64,000 bases of DNA from Alphaproteobacteria bacterium (GTDB taxonomy: Bacteria; Pseudomonadota; Alphaproteobacteria; SP197), in NCBI GenBank assembly GCA_016869675.1, contig VGDP01000001.1, positions 18,801 to 82,800 on the forward strand. Direction: 5' to 3'. This document shows, one piece after another, positions 48,924 to 58,008 of this stretch. The position numbers and the translations under genes are program-made. How positions within the stretch are numbered: the stretch's first letter is position 1; each line of letters starts with the position of its first letter. The notes beneath the pieces were generated by a model. That model was not told the origin of the DNA and did not search any database. It was given only the letters and a program-made list of their open reading frames with translations.

Positions 48924-49796
48924 TCAGCGGTCCAATTTGGTGCCCAGGCGCCCCGCCAAGTCCTGCACGAACTGCCAGGCGACGCGGCCCGAGCGCGCGC
49001 CGCGCGTCGCGGCCCACTCGATCGCTTCGGCGCGCAGTTCGGCGGGGCGGACCTTCAGCCCGAAATGGGCGACATAGCCCTCGATCATCGCCAGGTAGAC
49101 GTCCTGAGAGCAACCGTGGAAACCGAGCCAAAGGCCGAATCGATCGGACAGCGACACTTTTTCCTCGACGGCCTCAGCCGGGTTGATGGCGGTGGACCGC
49201 TCGTTGTCCACCATCTCGCGCGGCATCAGGTGGCGCCGGTTCGACGTGGCGTAGAAGAGCACGTTGTCCGGCCGGCCCTCGATGCCGCCCTCCAGGATCG
49301 CCTTGAGCGACTTGTAGGACGCATCCTCGGCGGCGAACGACAGATCGTCGCAGAACACGATGATGCGGCGCGTGGAGCCCCGCAGCTCGGCCAGCAAACG
49401 GGGCAGGGTGGGGGTGTCCTCGCGGTGCATTTCGACAAGCGCCAGGGCCTTGGGCCTCGCCGCGTTGACCGCGCCGTGCACGGCCTTGACCAGCGAACTC
49501 TTGCCCATGCCGCGCGCGCCCCACAGCAGCGCGTTGTTGGCGGGCAGGCCATCCGCGAATCGCCGCGTGTTGTCCAGAAGGATATCCCGCACGCGGTCGA
49601 TGCCTTGCAGCAGGCGGATAGGCACCCGGCTGATCCGCTCGACGGCCGACAGCGCGGCGCTGTCGGCATGCCAGACGAAGGCATCCGCGTCATCCAGGCG
49701 CGCCGAGGGCGCGCGTGCAGGGGCCAGCCGTTCAAAAGCGTCGGCGATGCGGCGCAGGTCATTCGCGAGATCGGTGTCGTTCGCGCGGTCGGTCAT
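48924..49796 (-). CDS. DUF815-family AAA-type ATP-binding protein
   Basis: 290 aa. Walker A motif 'GARGMGKSSLVKA'. 'IVFCDDLSF' and 'ATSNRRHL' are typical of DUF815. Confidence 0.8.
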   Translation of the reverse strand: MTDRANDTDLANDLRRIADAFERLAPARAPSARLDDADAFVWHADSAALSAVERISRVPIRLLQGIDRVRDILLDNTRRFADGLPANNALLWGARGMGKSSLVKAVHGAVNAARPKALALVEMHREDTPTLPRLLAELRGSTRRIIVFCDDLSFAAEDASYKSLKAILEGGIEGRPDNVLFYATSNRRHLMPREMVDNERSTAINPAEAVEEKVSLSDRFGLWLGFHGCSQDVYLAMIEGYVAHFGLKVRPAELRAEAIEWAATRGARSGRVAWQFVQDLAGRLGTKLDR

Positions 49797-49858
49797 GGGG
49801 GGCCTCGATCGGCGCGGACCCTACCACGGGGCCCGCGCGGGCCAAACCCCAGGCTTTG

Positions 49859-49886
49859 TTGCAAAACGCGGATGCGTGGCTATAGT
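49859..49886 (+). promoter_or_regulatory. candidate sigma70-type promoter for yajC-secDF
   Basis: TTGCAA (49859-49864), a 16-nt spacer, then TATAGT (49881-49886), about 30 nt upstream of yajC. Pattern match only. Confidence 0.4.
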
Positions 49887-49918
49887 CCGGCTTCCTTGTG
49901 CCACCCGAGGACATGGCG

Positions 49919-50311
49919 ATGTTGATTTCACCGGCCTATGCCCAGGCCGCCGCGGCGCCGCAGGGCGACATCTTCAGTTTCCTGCTGCCCATCGTCCTGA
50001 TGTTCGGCGTCTTCTGGCTGCTGGTGTTCCGCCCGCAGCAGAAAAAGATGAAGCAACACAAGGAGATGGTCGCAAATTTGAAGCGTGGCGACCAGGTCCT
50101 GACCAGCGGCGGGCTTTATGGCCGCGTGGCCAAGATCGAGGGTGGCAACATCTGCTACGTCGAGATCGGGTCCCCCAGTGTTCGCGTCAAGGTGGCGCAG
50201 TCGACGATTGCCGAGGTGGTGACCAAGCCCGAGCCGACCGGCGGCGAAGGCGAAGAGCGCGCAAAGGACAAGGCCGACGAGGACAAGGGAGTCGGCGACA
50301 AGGCGTCGTGA
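49919..50311 (+). CDS. yajC: preprotein translocase subunit YajC
   Basis: Contains 'FLLPIVLMFGVFWLLVFRPQQKKMKQHKEMVANLKRGDQVLTSGGLYGRV'. Alternative starts at 49898 and 49913. Confidence 0.88.
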   Translation: MLISPAYAQAAAAPQGDIFSFLLPIVLMFGVFWLLVFRPQQKKMKQHKEMVANLKRGDQVLTSGGLYGRVAKIEGGNICYVEIGSPSVRVKVAQSTIAEVVTKPEPTGGEGEERAKDKADEDKGVGDKAS

Positions 50312-50358
50312 CCGGCCCTTTAGACGCTCGCTCCCATCTGGCCCAGGATTAGACCGGC

Positions 50359-51936
50359 ATGCTGTTCTTTCCGCGCTGGAAGGTGGGGCTCATCATCGCC
50401 ACGTTTGCGCTGGGCATGTTGATTGCGCTGCCAAACGTCATCGGCCGGGCGACCCTCGAAGGTCTGCCTTCGTGGCTGCCGGCGCGGCAGGTGCTGTTGG
50501 GTCTCGATTTGCAGGGCGGCTCGCACCTGCTGCTCGAGGTCGAGGTCGAGGCCGTCATCGCGGAGCGGCTGGATGCCATGGTCGACGAAATCCGCCTGGC
50601 CATGCGCAAGGCGGACATCGGCTATGTCGGTTTGGGCGTGCGCGGCGACGCGGTCACGTTCACGCTACGCGAGCCGGCCCATGCCGAGCAGACGAAGGAA
50701 GAACTGGCGGCGCTGGACGCCGATTGCGATGTCGTGGTCGGCGAGGATGGCGTCGCGTCGATCACCTTGAACGAGGCCGCGGTGACCGCCCGACGGCACG
50801 CGGCCGTGGAGCAATCCATCGAGATCGTGAGACGCCGCATCGACGAAACGGGCACGCGCGAGCCGACCATCCAGCGCCAGGGCGAAAGTCGGATCCTGAT
50901 CCAACTGCCGGGCGTCGACGACCCCGAGCGCATCAAGGGCCTGCTGGGCAAGACCGCCAAGCTGACCTTCCGCCTGCTCGATCCCACGGTGACGCCGGGC
51001 CAGGCCGCCGCCGGCCAGCTTCCGGTCGGCTCCGAGCTCCTACCCTCGGATGACGATTTGGATGCCGAGGGCAACCCTCAGATGCTGGTGGTGCGCAAGC
51101 GCGCCATGGTGGGCGGCGATTCGCTGGTTGACGCGCAGCCGACGTTCCAGCAAGGCCAGCCGGTCGTCTCGTTCCAATTCGATTCGGCGGGCGCGCGCCG
51201 GTTCGGCGACGCGACCACCAAGAACACCGGCCAGCGCATGGCCATCGTGTTGGACGGCCGGGTCATCAGCGCGCCGGTGATCCGTGAGCCGATCACGGGC
51301 GGGCGGGGCATCATCAGCGGCTCGTTCACCGTGCAGTCGGCGACCGATCTGGCGCTGCTCTTGCGCGCGGGCGCCCTGCCGGCGCCCCTGACCATCGTCG
51401 AGGAACGCTCGGTCGGTCCGGGCCTCGGCGCCGATTCGATCCGCGCCGGCATCACGGCCTCGATCATCGCCGTGATCCTGGTGGTGGTCTTCATGCTGGT
51501 CTTCTACGGCTTCTTCGGCGTGATCGCGAACATCGCGCTGCTGGTCAACGGCATCCTGCTGCTGGCGGCCATGACGTTGCTGCAGGCCACGTTGACCCTG
51601 CCGGGTATCGCGGGCATCGCCCTGACCCTGGGCATGGCGGTGGACGCCAACGTGCTGATCTACGAGCGGATCCGCGAGGAAATCGCGCTGGGCCGCACGC
51701 CGATCTCGGCCATCGAGGCCGGCTACAGCCGCGCCATGGCGACCATCATCGACTCGAACCTGACCACGTTGATCGCCGGGCTGCTGATGTTCGGGCTGGG
51801 GTCGGGCGCGGTGAAGGGGTTCGGCGTCACGCTGTCCATCGGGCTTGCTACGTCGATGTTCACGGCGGTCACGTTCAGCCGGCTGATCGTAGCCACGTGG
51901 CTGCGTCGTGCCCGCCCCAAGTCGCTGCCGATCTAA
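50359..51936 (+). CDS. secD: protein translocase subunit SecD
   Basis: 525 aa. Contains 'LGLDLQGGSHLLLEV', 'VGPGLGADSI' and six C-terminal TM segments. Confidence 0.95.
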   Translation: MLFFPRWKVGLIIATFALGMLIALPNVIGRATLEGLPSWLPARQVLLGLDLQGGSHLLLEVEVEAVIAERLDAMVDEIRLAMRKADIGYVGLGVRGDAVTFTLREPAHAEQTKEELAALDADCDVVVGEDGVASITLNEAAVTARRHAAVEQSIEIVRRRIDETGTREPTIQRQGESRILIQLPGVDDPERIKGLLGKTAKLTFRLLDPTVTPGQAAAGQLPVGSELLPSDDDLDAEGNPQMLVVRKRAMVGGDSLVDAQPTFQQGQPVVSFQFDSAGARRFGDATTKNTGQRMAIVLDGRVISAPVIREPITGGRGIISGSFTVQSATDLALLLRAGALPAPLTIVEERSVGPGLGADSIRAGITASIIAVILVVVFMLVFYGFFGVIANIALLVNGILLLAAMTLLQATLTLPGIAGIALTLGMAVDANVLIYERIREEIALGRTPISAIEAGYSRAMATIIDSNLTTLIAGLLMFGLGSGAVKGFGVTLSIGLATSMFTAVTFSRLIVATWLRRARPKSLPI

Positions 51937-51939
51937 GCC

Positions 51940-52896
51940 ATGTACAAACCCATCCGCCTCATCCCCCAGCGGCCGTCGATCCGCTTCATCGCGAAGCGTT
52001 GGCTGTTCTTCGGCCTCTCGGTCGCGGCCACGCTGGTGTGCATCGGCTCGCTGTTCGTGCTGGGGCTCAATTTCGGCATCGACTTCCGGGGCGGCATCCT
52101 GGTCGAGGTGCGGGCGCCGGGACCGGCCGACCTGGGCGCGATCCGTTCATCCGTCGGAAACCTGGGCCTTGGCGAGGTCGCCTTGCAGGGCTTCGGGGAC
52201 GAACGTGACGTTCTGGTCCGCGTGCAACGCCAGAAAGGCGGGGAAGAAGCGCAACAGCAGGCCGTGGCGCGTATCAAGGAGGCCTTGACCGCCGACCTGG
52301 GTGCCGGCGTCGAGTTCCGCCGCGTCGAGGTGGTAGGGCCGCAGGTCAGCGGCGAGCTGATCCAGGGCGGTATCATCGCCGTGGTCGTCGCCATCGGCGC
52401 CATGATGATCTACATCTGGCTGCGATTCGAGTTCCAGTTCGGGATCGGTGCCGTCCTGGCTCTGGTCCACGACGTGTTCCTGACCGTCGGGCTGTTCTCG
52501 ATCCTGCAACTGGACTTCAACCTGACCGTCGTGGCAGCGCTGCTCACGGTGCTCGGTTTCTCGATGAACGACACGGTCGTCATCTTCGACCGCATTCGCG
52601 AGAACCTGCGCAAGTACAAGCAGATGCCGTTGCCCGACCTGATCGACCTCAGCGTCAACGAGACGCTCTCGCGCACGATCATGACGTCGGGAACGACGCT
52701 GCTCGCCATGCTGGCGCTCTATCTGTTCGGCGGCGCGGTGATCCAAGGCTTCGCCATCGCGATGATGTGGGGTGTCCTCGTGGGCACCTATTCATCGGTC
52801 TACATCGCGGCGCCCGTGCTCCTTTACACAGGCTTGCGGCGTGGCGGCACCGGACCCACGGAAGGCGCGGTTGCGCCACCGGCGCCGGCCGGCTGA
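51940..52896 (+). CDS. secF: protein translocase subunit SecF
   Basis: 318 aa. Contains 'GLNFGIDFRGG' and 'GFSMNDTVVIFDRIREN'. Confidence 0.95.
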   Translation: MYKPIRLIPQRPSIRFIAKRWLFFGLSVAATLVCIGSLFVLGLNFGIDFRGGILVEVRAPGPADLGAIRSSVGNLGLGEVALQGFGDERDVLVRVQRQKGGEEAQQQAVARIKEALTADLGAGVEFRRVEVVGPQVSGELIQGGIIAVVVAIGAMMIYIWLRFEFQFGIGAVLALVHDVFLTVGLFSILQLDFNLTVVAALLTVLGFSMNDTVVIFDRIRENLRKYKQMPLPDLIDLSVNETLSRTIMTSGTTLLAMLALYLFGGAVIQGFAIAMMWGVLVGTYSSVYIAAPVLLYTGLRRGGTGPTEGAVAPPAPAG

Positions 52897-52903
52897 ACGG
52901 CCG

Positions 52904-53281
52904 GTGGAGCTTCGCCCGCAGAGTGCCGGGGGGCGACCCTTCATCCAGGGCTACGGCGCGGGGCGCTTCCGCGTCGGTGGTACCCTGCTGACCGGATCGG
53001 TCATCGTCCTGCCCGACCGCGCCGAGCCCTGGGCCGTAACTGATCCCGGCGCCGTGACCCTGGCGAGCCTTGCCCCGGTTGTCGCCGCGGCCTCGTCGCT
53101 CGATCTGCTGCTGCTCGGTTGCGGTGCGGCGCCCTTCATCCCAGCCGCCGAGCTGCGCGATGAACTCCGGCGCCTCGGTGTCACGGTCGAGGCCATGGAC
53201 ACCGGCGCCGCGTGCCGCACCTTCAACGTGCTGCTGGCGGAGGACCGCCGGGTCGTCGCCGCGCTTATCGCCGTCGCGTGA
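52904..53281 (+). CDS. Mth938-like (DUF498) domain protein
   Basis: GTG at 52904. 'FIQGYGAGRFRVGGTLLTGSVIVLP' and 'LDLLLLGCGA...GVTVEAMDTGAACRTFNVL' match the family pattern. Confidence 0.72.
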   Translation: MELRPQSAGGRPFIQGYGAGRFRVGGTLLTGSVIVLPDRAEPWAVTDPGAVTLASLAPVVAAASSLDLLLLGCGAAPFIPAAELRDELRRLGVTVEAMDTGAACRTFNVLLAEDRRVVAALIAVA

Positions 53282-53756
53282 GCGCGGCGTCCTCGGCCGC
53301 GATGCGGCGCACCAGGATCGGCACATGCAGGGCCGAGCCGACGAGGGCGAGCGGCCACGCGCCCAACACCATGGGCAGCGTCGCCACTTCCGCCGCGACG
53401 ATCAGGTAGTTGGGGTGCCGGACCCAGCGGTAGGGGCCGGCGCTCACCAACGGCGCGGGCGATACGATGATCCGCGTGGTCCAGCGCCGGCCGAGTGTCA
53501 GCAGCACCCAGGTGCGTAATGGCTGCAAGGCCAGGAACAGCGCCAGCGCTGGCCAGGCGATCGTTCGTGACTGATACGCGGCCACGGCCAGGGCCGCGAG
53601 CCAGATCGCGTGGAAGGCGATCATGAGCGGGTAGTGGCCGCGCCCCACTTCGATCGCGCCGGCGGCCAGCAGGCGACGCGTGTTGAGTGCCGACCATACG
53701 AGTTCGGCCAGCCGTTGCGCCGCGACCAGGGTCACGAGGGCGAGAGCGAGGGTCAC
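53265..53756 (-). CDS. isoprenylcysteine carboxyl methyltransferase (ICMT)-family membrane methyltransferase
   Basis: GTG at 53756 ('VTLALALVTLVAAQRLAEL'). Motif 'GPYRWVRHPNYL'. GTGA overlap with the stop of the upstream type III PKS gene. Confidence 0.8.
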   Translation of the reverse strand: MTLALALVTLVAAQRLAELVWSALNTRRLLAAGAIEVGRGHYPLMIAFHAIWLAALAVAAYQSRTIAWPALALFLALQPLRTWVLLTLGRRWTTRIIVSPAPLVSAGPYRWVRHPNYLIVAAEVATLPMVLGAWPLALVGSALHVPILVRRIAAEDAALTRRR

Positions 53757-54805
53757 GCGACCTCGGCCAGCAGGAACCCCGCGGTGAACCCCGGTCCCAG
53801 CGCCGACAGCAGGTAGCGGCCCTGGCGCCCGGCGCCGAGCGCGCGTTCCAGCACGAACAGCACCGTCGCGGCGGACATGTTGCCGTAATCGCGTAGCACC
53901 GACCGGCTGTCCTCCAGGGCGCCGGCGGGCACGCCGAGCGCCTCCTCGAGGGCGTCGACGACCTTGGCGCCTCCCGGGTGACAAATGAACTGGTCGATCC
54001 GCGCGCGCGTCAGCCCGTGGCGCGCGAGAAAATCATCGGTCACCGTCGCGAAGTCACGGCGCACGAGCGCTGGAATGTCGCGCGAGAACACGACGCCCAG
54101 CCCGTCGTTCCCGACGTGCCAGCCCATGACATCCAGCGAATCCGGCCAAGTGTGCTCGCCCCAGGCGACCAGGCCAAGGCCTGCCCCGGCGGTCGAGACG
54201 ACGCACGCAACGGCGCCATCGCCGAACAGGGCGCTGGCGATCAGATTGCTCTTGGAACGATCGCCGTGGCGGAAAGTCAGGCCGCACAGCTCGACGACCA
54301 CGAGCAGGACGCGCGCGCCCGGTCGGGCACGGGCGAGCGCCCCCGAGCGTGCCAGGCCCAGCACACCGCCAGCGCAGCCCAGGCCGAAGATGGGCAGCCG
54401 CTCGATGTCCCGACGCAGGCTCAGGCGTTCGACCAGCAGGGCATCGAGGCTCGGCGTCGCGATGCCCGATGTGGACACGGCGACGATGGCGTCCACGTCG
54501 CCGAAGGCAAGGCCGGCGCGGACGAGCGCGCTCCTGATCGCCTGCTCGGCCAGCTCGACCGCATGGCGGAGGTAGAGGTCATTGCGTTCGGCGAACGAAT
54601 GCGGCGCTAGATACCACTCCAGCGGCACGCAGCTGTAGCGCGTACCGATGGCGGCGTTGGCGTAGACCGCGGCGGCACGTCCGCCATCGGCCAGCGTGCC
54701 CTGAAACAGCCCCAAGCCGGCACGCGCCACCGCCGCTTGGTCCAGGACATAAGAGGGCACCGCCGTGGCGATACCGGCGAGCCGTGGGGTCAGGGAATTA
54801 GCCAT
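53753..54805 (-). CDS. type III polyketide synthase (chalcone/stilbene synthase family)
   Basis: 350 aa from ATG 54805. Catalytic Cys in 'FGLGCAGG', His in 'FICHPGGAKV', Asn in 'YGNMSAATVLF'. Confidence 0.9.
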   Translation of the reverse strand: MANSLTPRLAGIATAVPSYVLDQAAVARAGLGLFQGTLADGGRAAAVYANAAIGTRYSCVPLEWYLAPHSFAERNDLYLRHAVELAEQAIRSALVRAGLAFGDVDAIVAVSTSGIATPSLDALLVERLSLRRDIERLPIFGLGCAGGVLGLARSGALARARPGARVLLVVVELCGLTFRHGDRSKSNLIASALFGDGAVACVVSTAGAGLGLVAWGEHTWPDSLDVMGWHVGNDGLGVVFSRDIPALVRRDFATVTDDFLARHGLTRARIDQFICHPGGAKVVDALEEALGVPAGALEDSRSVLRDYGNMSAATVLFVLERALGAGRQGRYLLSALGPGFTAGFLLAEVA

Positions 54806-54908
54806 GGCGCCACGATGGGGTCCTTCCATCCAGGGGTTAATCACGATCGCTTGCGGGGCCGGTGGGTGTCCCGCCATAGTGCCTCGACACTGCGGCGGCA
54901 AGGTGGCC

Positions 54909-55631
54909 ATGAACGAGGACGCCGATCGCGGCTCCGATGTTGCGGGCGGAAGCGCCAAGGAGCCCTGGTTCCGCTTCCGTCTGCACGCGCGCCTGCGTAC
55001 GTACTTTCTGACCGGCATCGTCGTCACCGCCCCGATCAGCCTGACGATCTATCTGATCGTCCTGTTCATCGACTTCGTGGACAGCCGCGTCATTCCGCTG
55101 TTCCCGCCGCGCTACAACCCCGAGACGTACCTGCCGTTCAGCGTGCCGGGGCTTGGCATCCTCATCATGGTGGTGCTGCTCATGCTGGTGGGTGCCCTGT
55201 CGGTCGGCTTGGTCGGGCGTACCTTCATGCGCATGGGCGAGCGGATCGTCAACCGCACGCCGATCGTGCGCAGCATCTACGGCGCGTTGAAGCAAGTGTT
55301 CGAGACCGTCCTGTCCGACAAGTCCAAGGCGTTCCGCGAGGTCGTCCTGGTCGAGTTCCGGCCCGGCATCTGGGCCATGGGCTTCGTCACGAACACTACG
55401 ACGGGCGAGATCCAGAACCGCACGACCGACGAAGTGGTCAACGTCTTCGTGCCGACGGTGCCCAACCCAACCACGGGGTTGCTTCTGTTCGTGCCTCGCA
55501 CCCACCTGATACCCTTGGAGATGACGCCCGAGGAAGGCGCCAAGATGCTGATCTCGGGCGGCATCGTGACACCGCCGGACCGCCGCCCCCTGGCCGAGCA
55601 GCAGGCCGACCGCATCCCCTCGGTGGACTAG
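54909..55631 (+). CDS. DUF502-domain membrane protein
   Basis: ATG at 54909. Contains 'RTYFLTGIVVTAPISLTIYLI' and 'NRTPIVRSIYGALKQVFETV...PNPTTGLLLFVPR'. Confidence 0.8.
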   Translation: MNEDADRGSDVAGGSAKEPWFRFRLHARLRTYFLTGIVVTAPISLTIYLIVLFIDFVDSRVIPLFPPRYNPETYLPFSVPGLGILIMVVLLMLVGALSVGLVGRTFMRMGERIVNRTPIVRSIYGALKQVFETVLSDKSKAFREVVLVEFRPGIWAMGFVTNTTTGEIQNRTTDEVVNVFVPTVPNPTTGLLLFVPRTHLIPLEMTPEEGAKMLISGGIVTPPDRRPLAEQQADRIPSVD

Positions 55632-56458
55632 ATCGGGCTGCCCACCGCCCGCGGTTCTCGCACACGCGGGCCGTAGATCATGGCGTTGACCTCGTCCGGC
55701 GCCCACAGCCCGGGTGCCTCGTCGTAGCTCAGGATCGCGGTGACGCGCGCCTTGTCGCCGCACACCGGGCTGACCCGGTGCATGGCGTTCTCGCCGCGGA
55801 ACAGCGTCAGGGTGCCGGCCTCTCGTTCGGGTCGCACGACGCCGGGATGTTTGCCGCGAAAGAGCCGCCGGACCGCCTCCAGGTCCTCGCCGTGTTTGGA
55901 TCGCAGGGCCGGCACGAACTCGAAGTCGCCGCACTGGGTCGCGGCCTGCAAGAGCAGCGTCACCGAAAAGTGGTTCTGGTCGTAGTGCCAGAGCTGGACG
56001 CCGCCATCGGGCAGCACGATCAGGTTGAGGTCCTGGAAGCGGTCGGCGCGCGGGTATAGCGCCGCGAGGCCGAGCGTCCGCCGCGTGAACTCGACCTTGG
56101 CCGGGTGTTCATAGAGCCGACGCAGACGGCTGGCGGGCGGGATCAGGTCGCCGGCCACCTGGCCCATGACGATTGGGAAAGACATGCGCCGCGGGTCGTC
56201 CGCGGGCAGGCTGGGGTCGTCCTCGGTGAAGTAGGCGTTGCGCCGGCCGTTCTTCCAGTAGGCGTGCTCCAGCAGGGCGTCGGCCTCCGCCATCAGGGCG
56301 GCGGTGCCCGCGTCCGTCAGGAAGCCCCGCAGGTTGCAGCAGCCGAGCGACGCCAAGTCCGCGCGGCAGGACTCGATCATTCGGCGCCCGGCATCGCCGT
56401 CCAGGTCGTCGATCGGCCAACGGTTGAGATCGACCGGTCCCTCCAGGACGTCAGGCAT
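55628..56458 (-). CDS. putative Fe(II)/2-oxoglutarate-dependent oxygenase
   Basis: 276 aa. HxD in 'LWHYDQNHFSVTLLLQ', a distal His in 'ENAMHRVSPV' and Arg in 'KARVTAILSY'. The family assignment is tentative. Confidence 0.55.
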   Translation of the reverse strand: MPDVLEGPVDLNRWPIDDLDGDAGRRMIESCRADLASLGCCNLRGFLTDAGTAALMAEADALLEHAYWKNGRRNAYFTEDDPSLPADDPRRMSFPIVMGQVAGDLIPPASRLRRLYEHPAKVEFTRRTLGLAALYPRADRFQDLNLIVLPDGGVQLWHYDQNHFSVTLLLQAATQCGDFEFVPALRSKHGEDLEAVRRLFRGKHPGVVRPEREAGTLTLFRGENAMHRVSPVCGDKARVTAILSYDEAPGLWAPDEVNAMIYGPRVREPRAVGSPI

Positions 56459-57920
56459 CCGAGTCCAAGGGGTAGATCGGCCGGCGGACCTTCTCGAACT
56501 TGAACAGGCTCATGTCCGACGAGGTGACGCCGACGCCGTCGCAGTCGACGATATGCTTGGCGATCGGGGCGAAGCCGGCCCGGTAGTGCACGCGCGACTT
56601 GAGCATCAGGTAGCGCCGGTCGGTCGGTTCGATGCCGACGCTGCGAAACGAACCCAGGTCGAACGGCTCGGTGTGCCGCTCGCACACGACGACCTCGATC
56701 TTGCCGGTGTCGAGCACCACCGTGCGCCCCATGTTAACGGTGGTGCCGGTGGCCATGGGGCCGCGCACCTTGAAGCGGCCGTCGGTGACCGCGCGCACGC
56801 GCCCCGACACCTCCATGGGCTCGCCCTGGCGGCCGATCGCGGGCATCGACATCTTGCCGCCCAGGCTGACGGTCACCCGCGCGCCGATGCCCGCCTTGAT
56901 CATTTGATCGACCGCGCGCGGGTCGACGATGGCGAAGACGGCGACGTCCTCCAGCCCCTGACGCATGACCTCCTTGAGGACCGCGATGGTGTCTTGGGTG
57001 CCGCCCGAGGCACAGTTGTCGGCATGGTCGATGATCAGGATCGGCCCGTCGGAGAGCGCCTTCGCCTGGCCAACCGACTTCGCCAGGGGTTCGCTGTGGT
57101 AGACGAATTCGGCGCGCCGCGCCCAGGCGGCGTCGAGGATCGCGTCGCGCATCCGTTCGGCCGCCGCGCGGTCCGCCTCGGCGATCGTCACCACGCTCAG
57201 GCCCGGGTTCGGGATATCGGCCAGGGGAAAGCCGCCGAACGCCGTGGCGGCCAAGAGCCCGCCGGCTTCCGCTGCCTTCGCCATGTCGATCAGGTCCTTC
57301 ATGGGCGGCACGTGGGTCGCCATGCGCAGCGTGTGGGGCATCAGCGGCCGGTTGCCCCAGACCATGACGGGCCTGGATTTCCCGGCCATGGCGTCAAGCA
57401 CGATGCGACCCACGTGCTCACCCGATTTGTACATGTCCACGTGGGGGTAGGTCTTGTAGCCGACGATCGCGGTGGCGTTGTCGGCCATGGTGTTGGTCAT
57501 GTTGGCGTGCAGGTCCAGCGCGACCGCGATCGGCAGGCTGGGTTTGATGGCCCTGATGCGCGCGAGCAGCGTGCCTTCGCCGTCATCGGTGGTCTCGGCG
57601 ACCATGGCGCCGTGCAGGTCGAGCAGGCAGCCGTCGCAGCCCTTGTCGACCGCCTCGCAGATCGCGTCGGTCATGCGCGCGTAGGCTTCGGTGGCCACGG
57701 GACCGCTCGGCGCCGCCTCGGCGGCGATGGGGGTCACCACGTCGGCGCCCAGGCGCTCGGCATGGTCGAGATAGGCGGCGAACGGCGTGTTGGTGCCGCG
57801 GTAGGCGTCACGCGCCGCCTGGCCGAAATGGGCGCCGCGCGCGCCGAACCGCTCGAACGGCGTGGGCACCGGCGAGAACGTGTTGGTCTCGTGCTTCATC
57901 ATGGCGACGACCAGGCGCAT
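56451..57920 (-). CDS. M81-family metallopeptidase (MlrC/microcystinase C-like)
   Basis: 489 aa. The N-terminus 'MRLVVAMMKHETNTFSP' and 'LLDLHGAMV' are typical. It overlaps the downstream oxygenase gene by 8 bp. Confidence 0.85.
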   Translation of the reverse strand: MRLVVAMMKHETNTFSPVPTPFERFGARGAHFGQAARDAYRGTNTPFAAYLDHAERLGADVVTPIAAEAAPSGPVATEAYARMTDAICEAVDKGCDGCLLDLHGAMVAETTDDGEGTLLARIRAIKPSLPIAVALDLHANMTNTMADNATAIVGYKTYPHVDMYKSGEHVGRIVLDAMAGKSRPVMVWGNRPLMPHTLRMATHVPPMKDLIDMAKAAEAGGLLAATAFGGFPLADIPNPGLSVVTIAEADRAAAERMRDAILDAAWARRAEFVYHSEPLAKSVGQAKALSDGPILIIDHADNCASGGTQDTIAVLKEVMRQGLEDVAVFAIVDPRAVDQMIKAGIGARVTVSLGGKMSMPAIGRQGEPMEVSGRVRAVTDGRFKVRGPMATGTTVNMGRTVVLDTGKIEVVVCERHTEPFDLGSFRSVGIEPTDRRYLMLKSRVHYRAGFAPIAKHIVDCDGVGVTSSDMSLFKFEKVRRPIYPLDSDA

Positions 57921-58008
57921 GGAAATCTCTCGGCGGGTTGCGACGTTCGGGGAGGTATTGTACGGGCGATCCGTTCTCTAGTGTTGCGCGGCGACCAACA
58001 TCAAAGCC

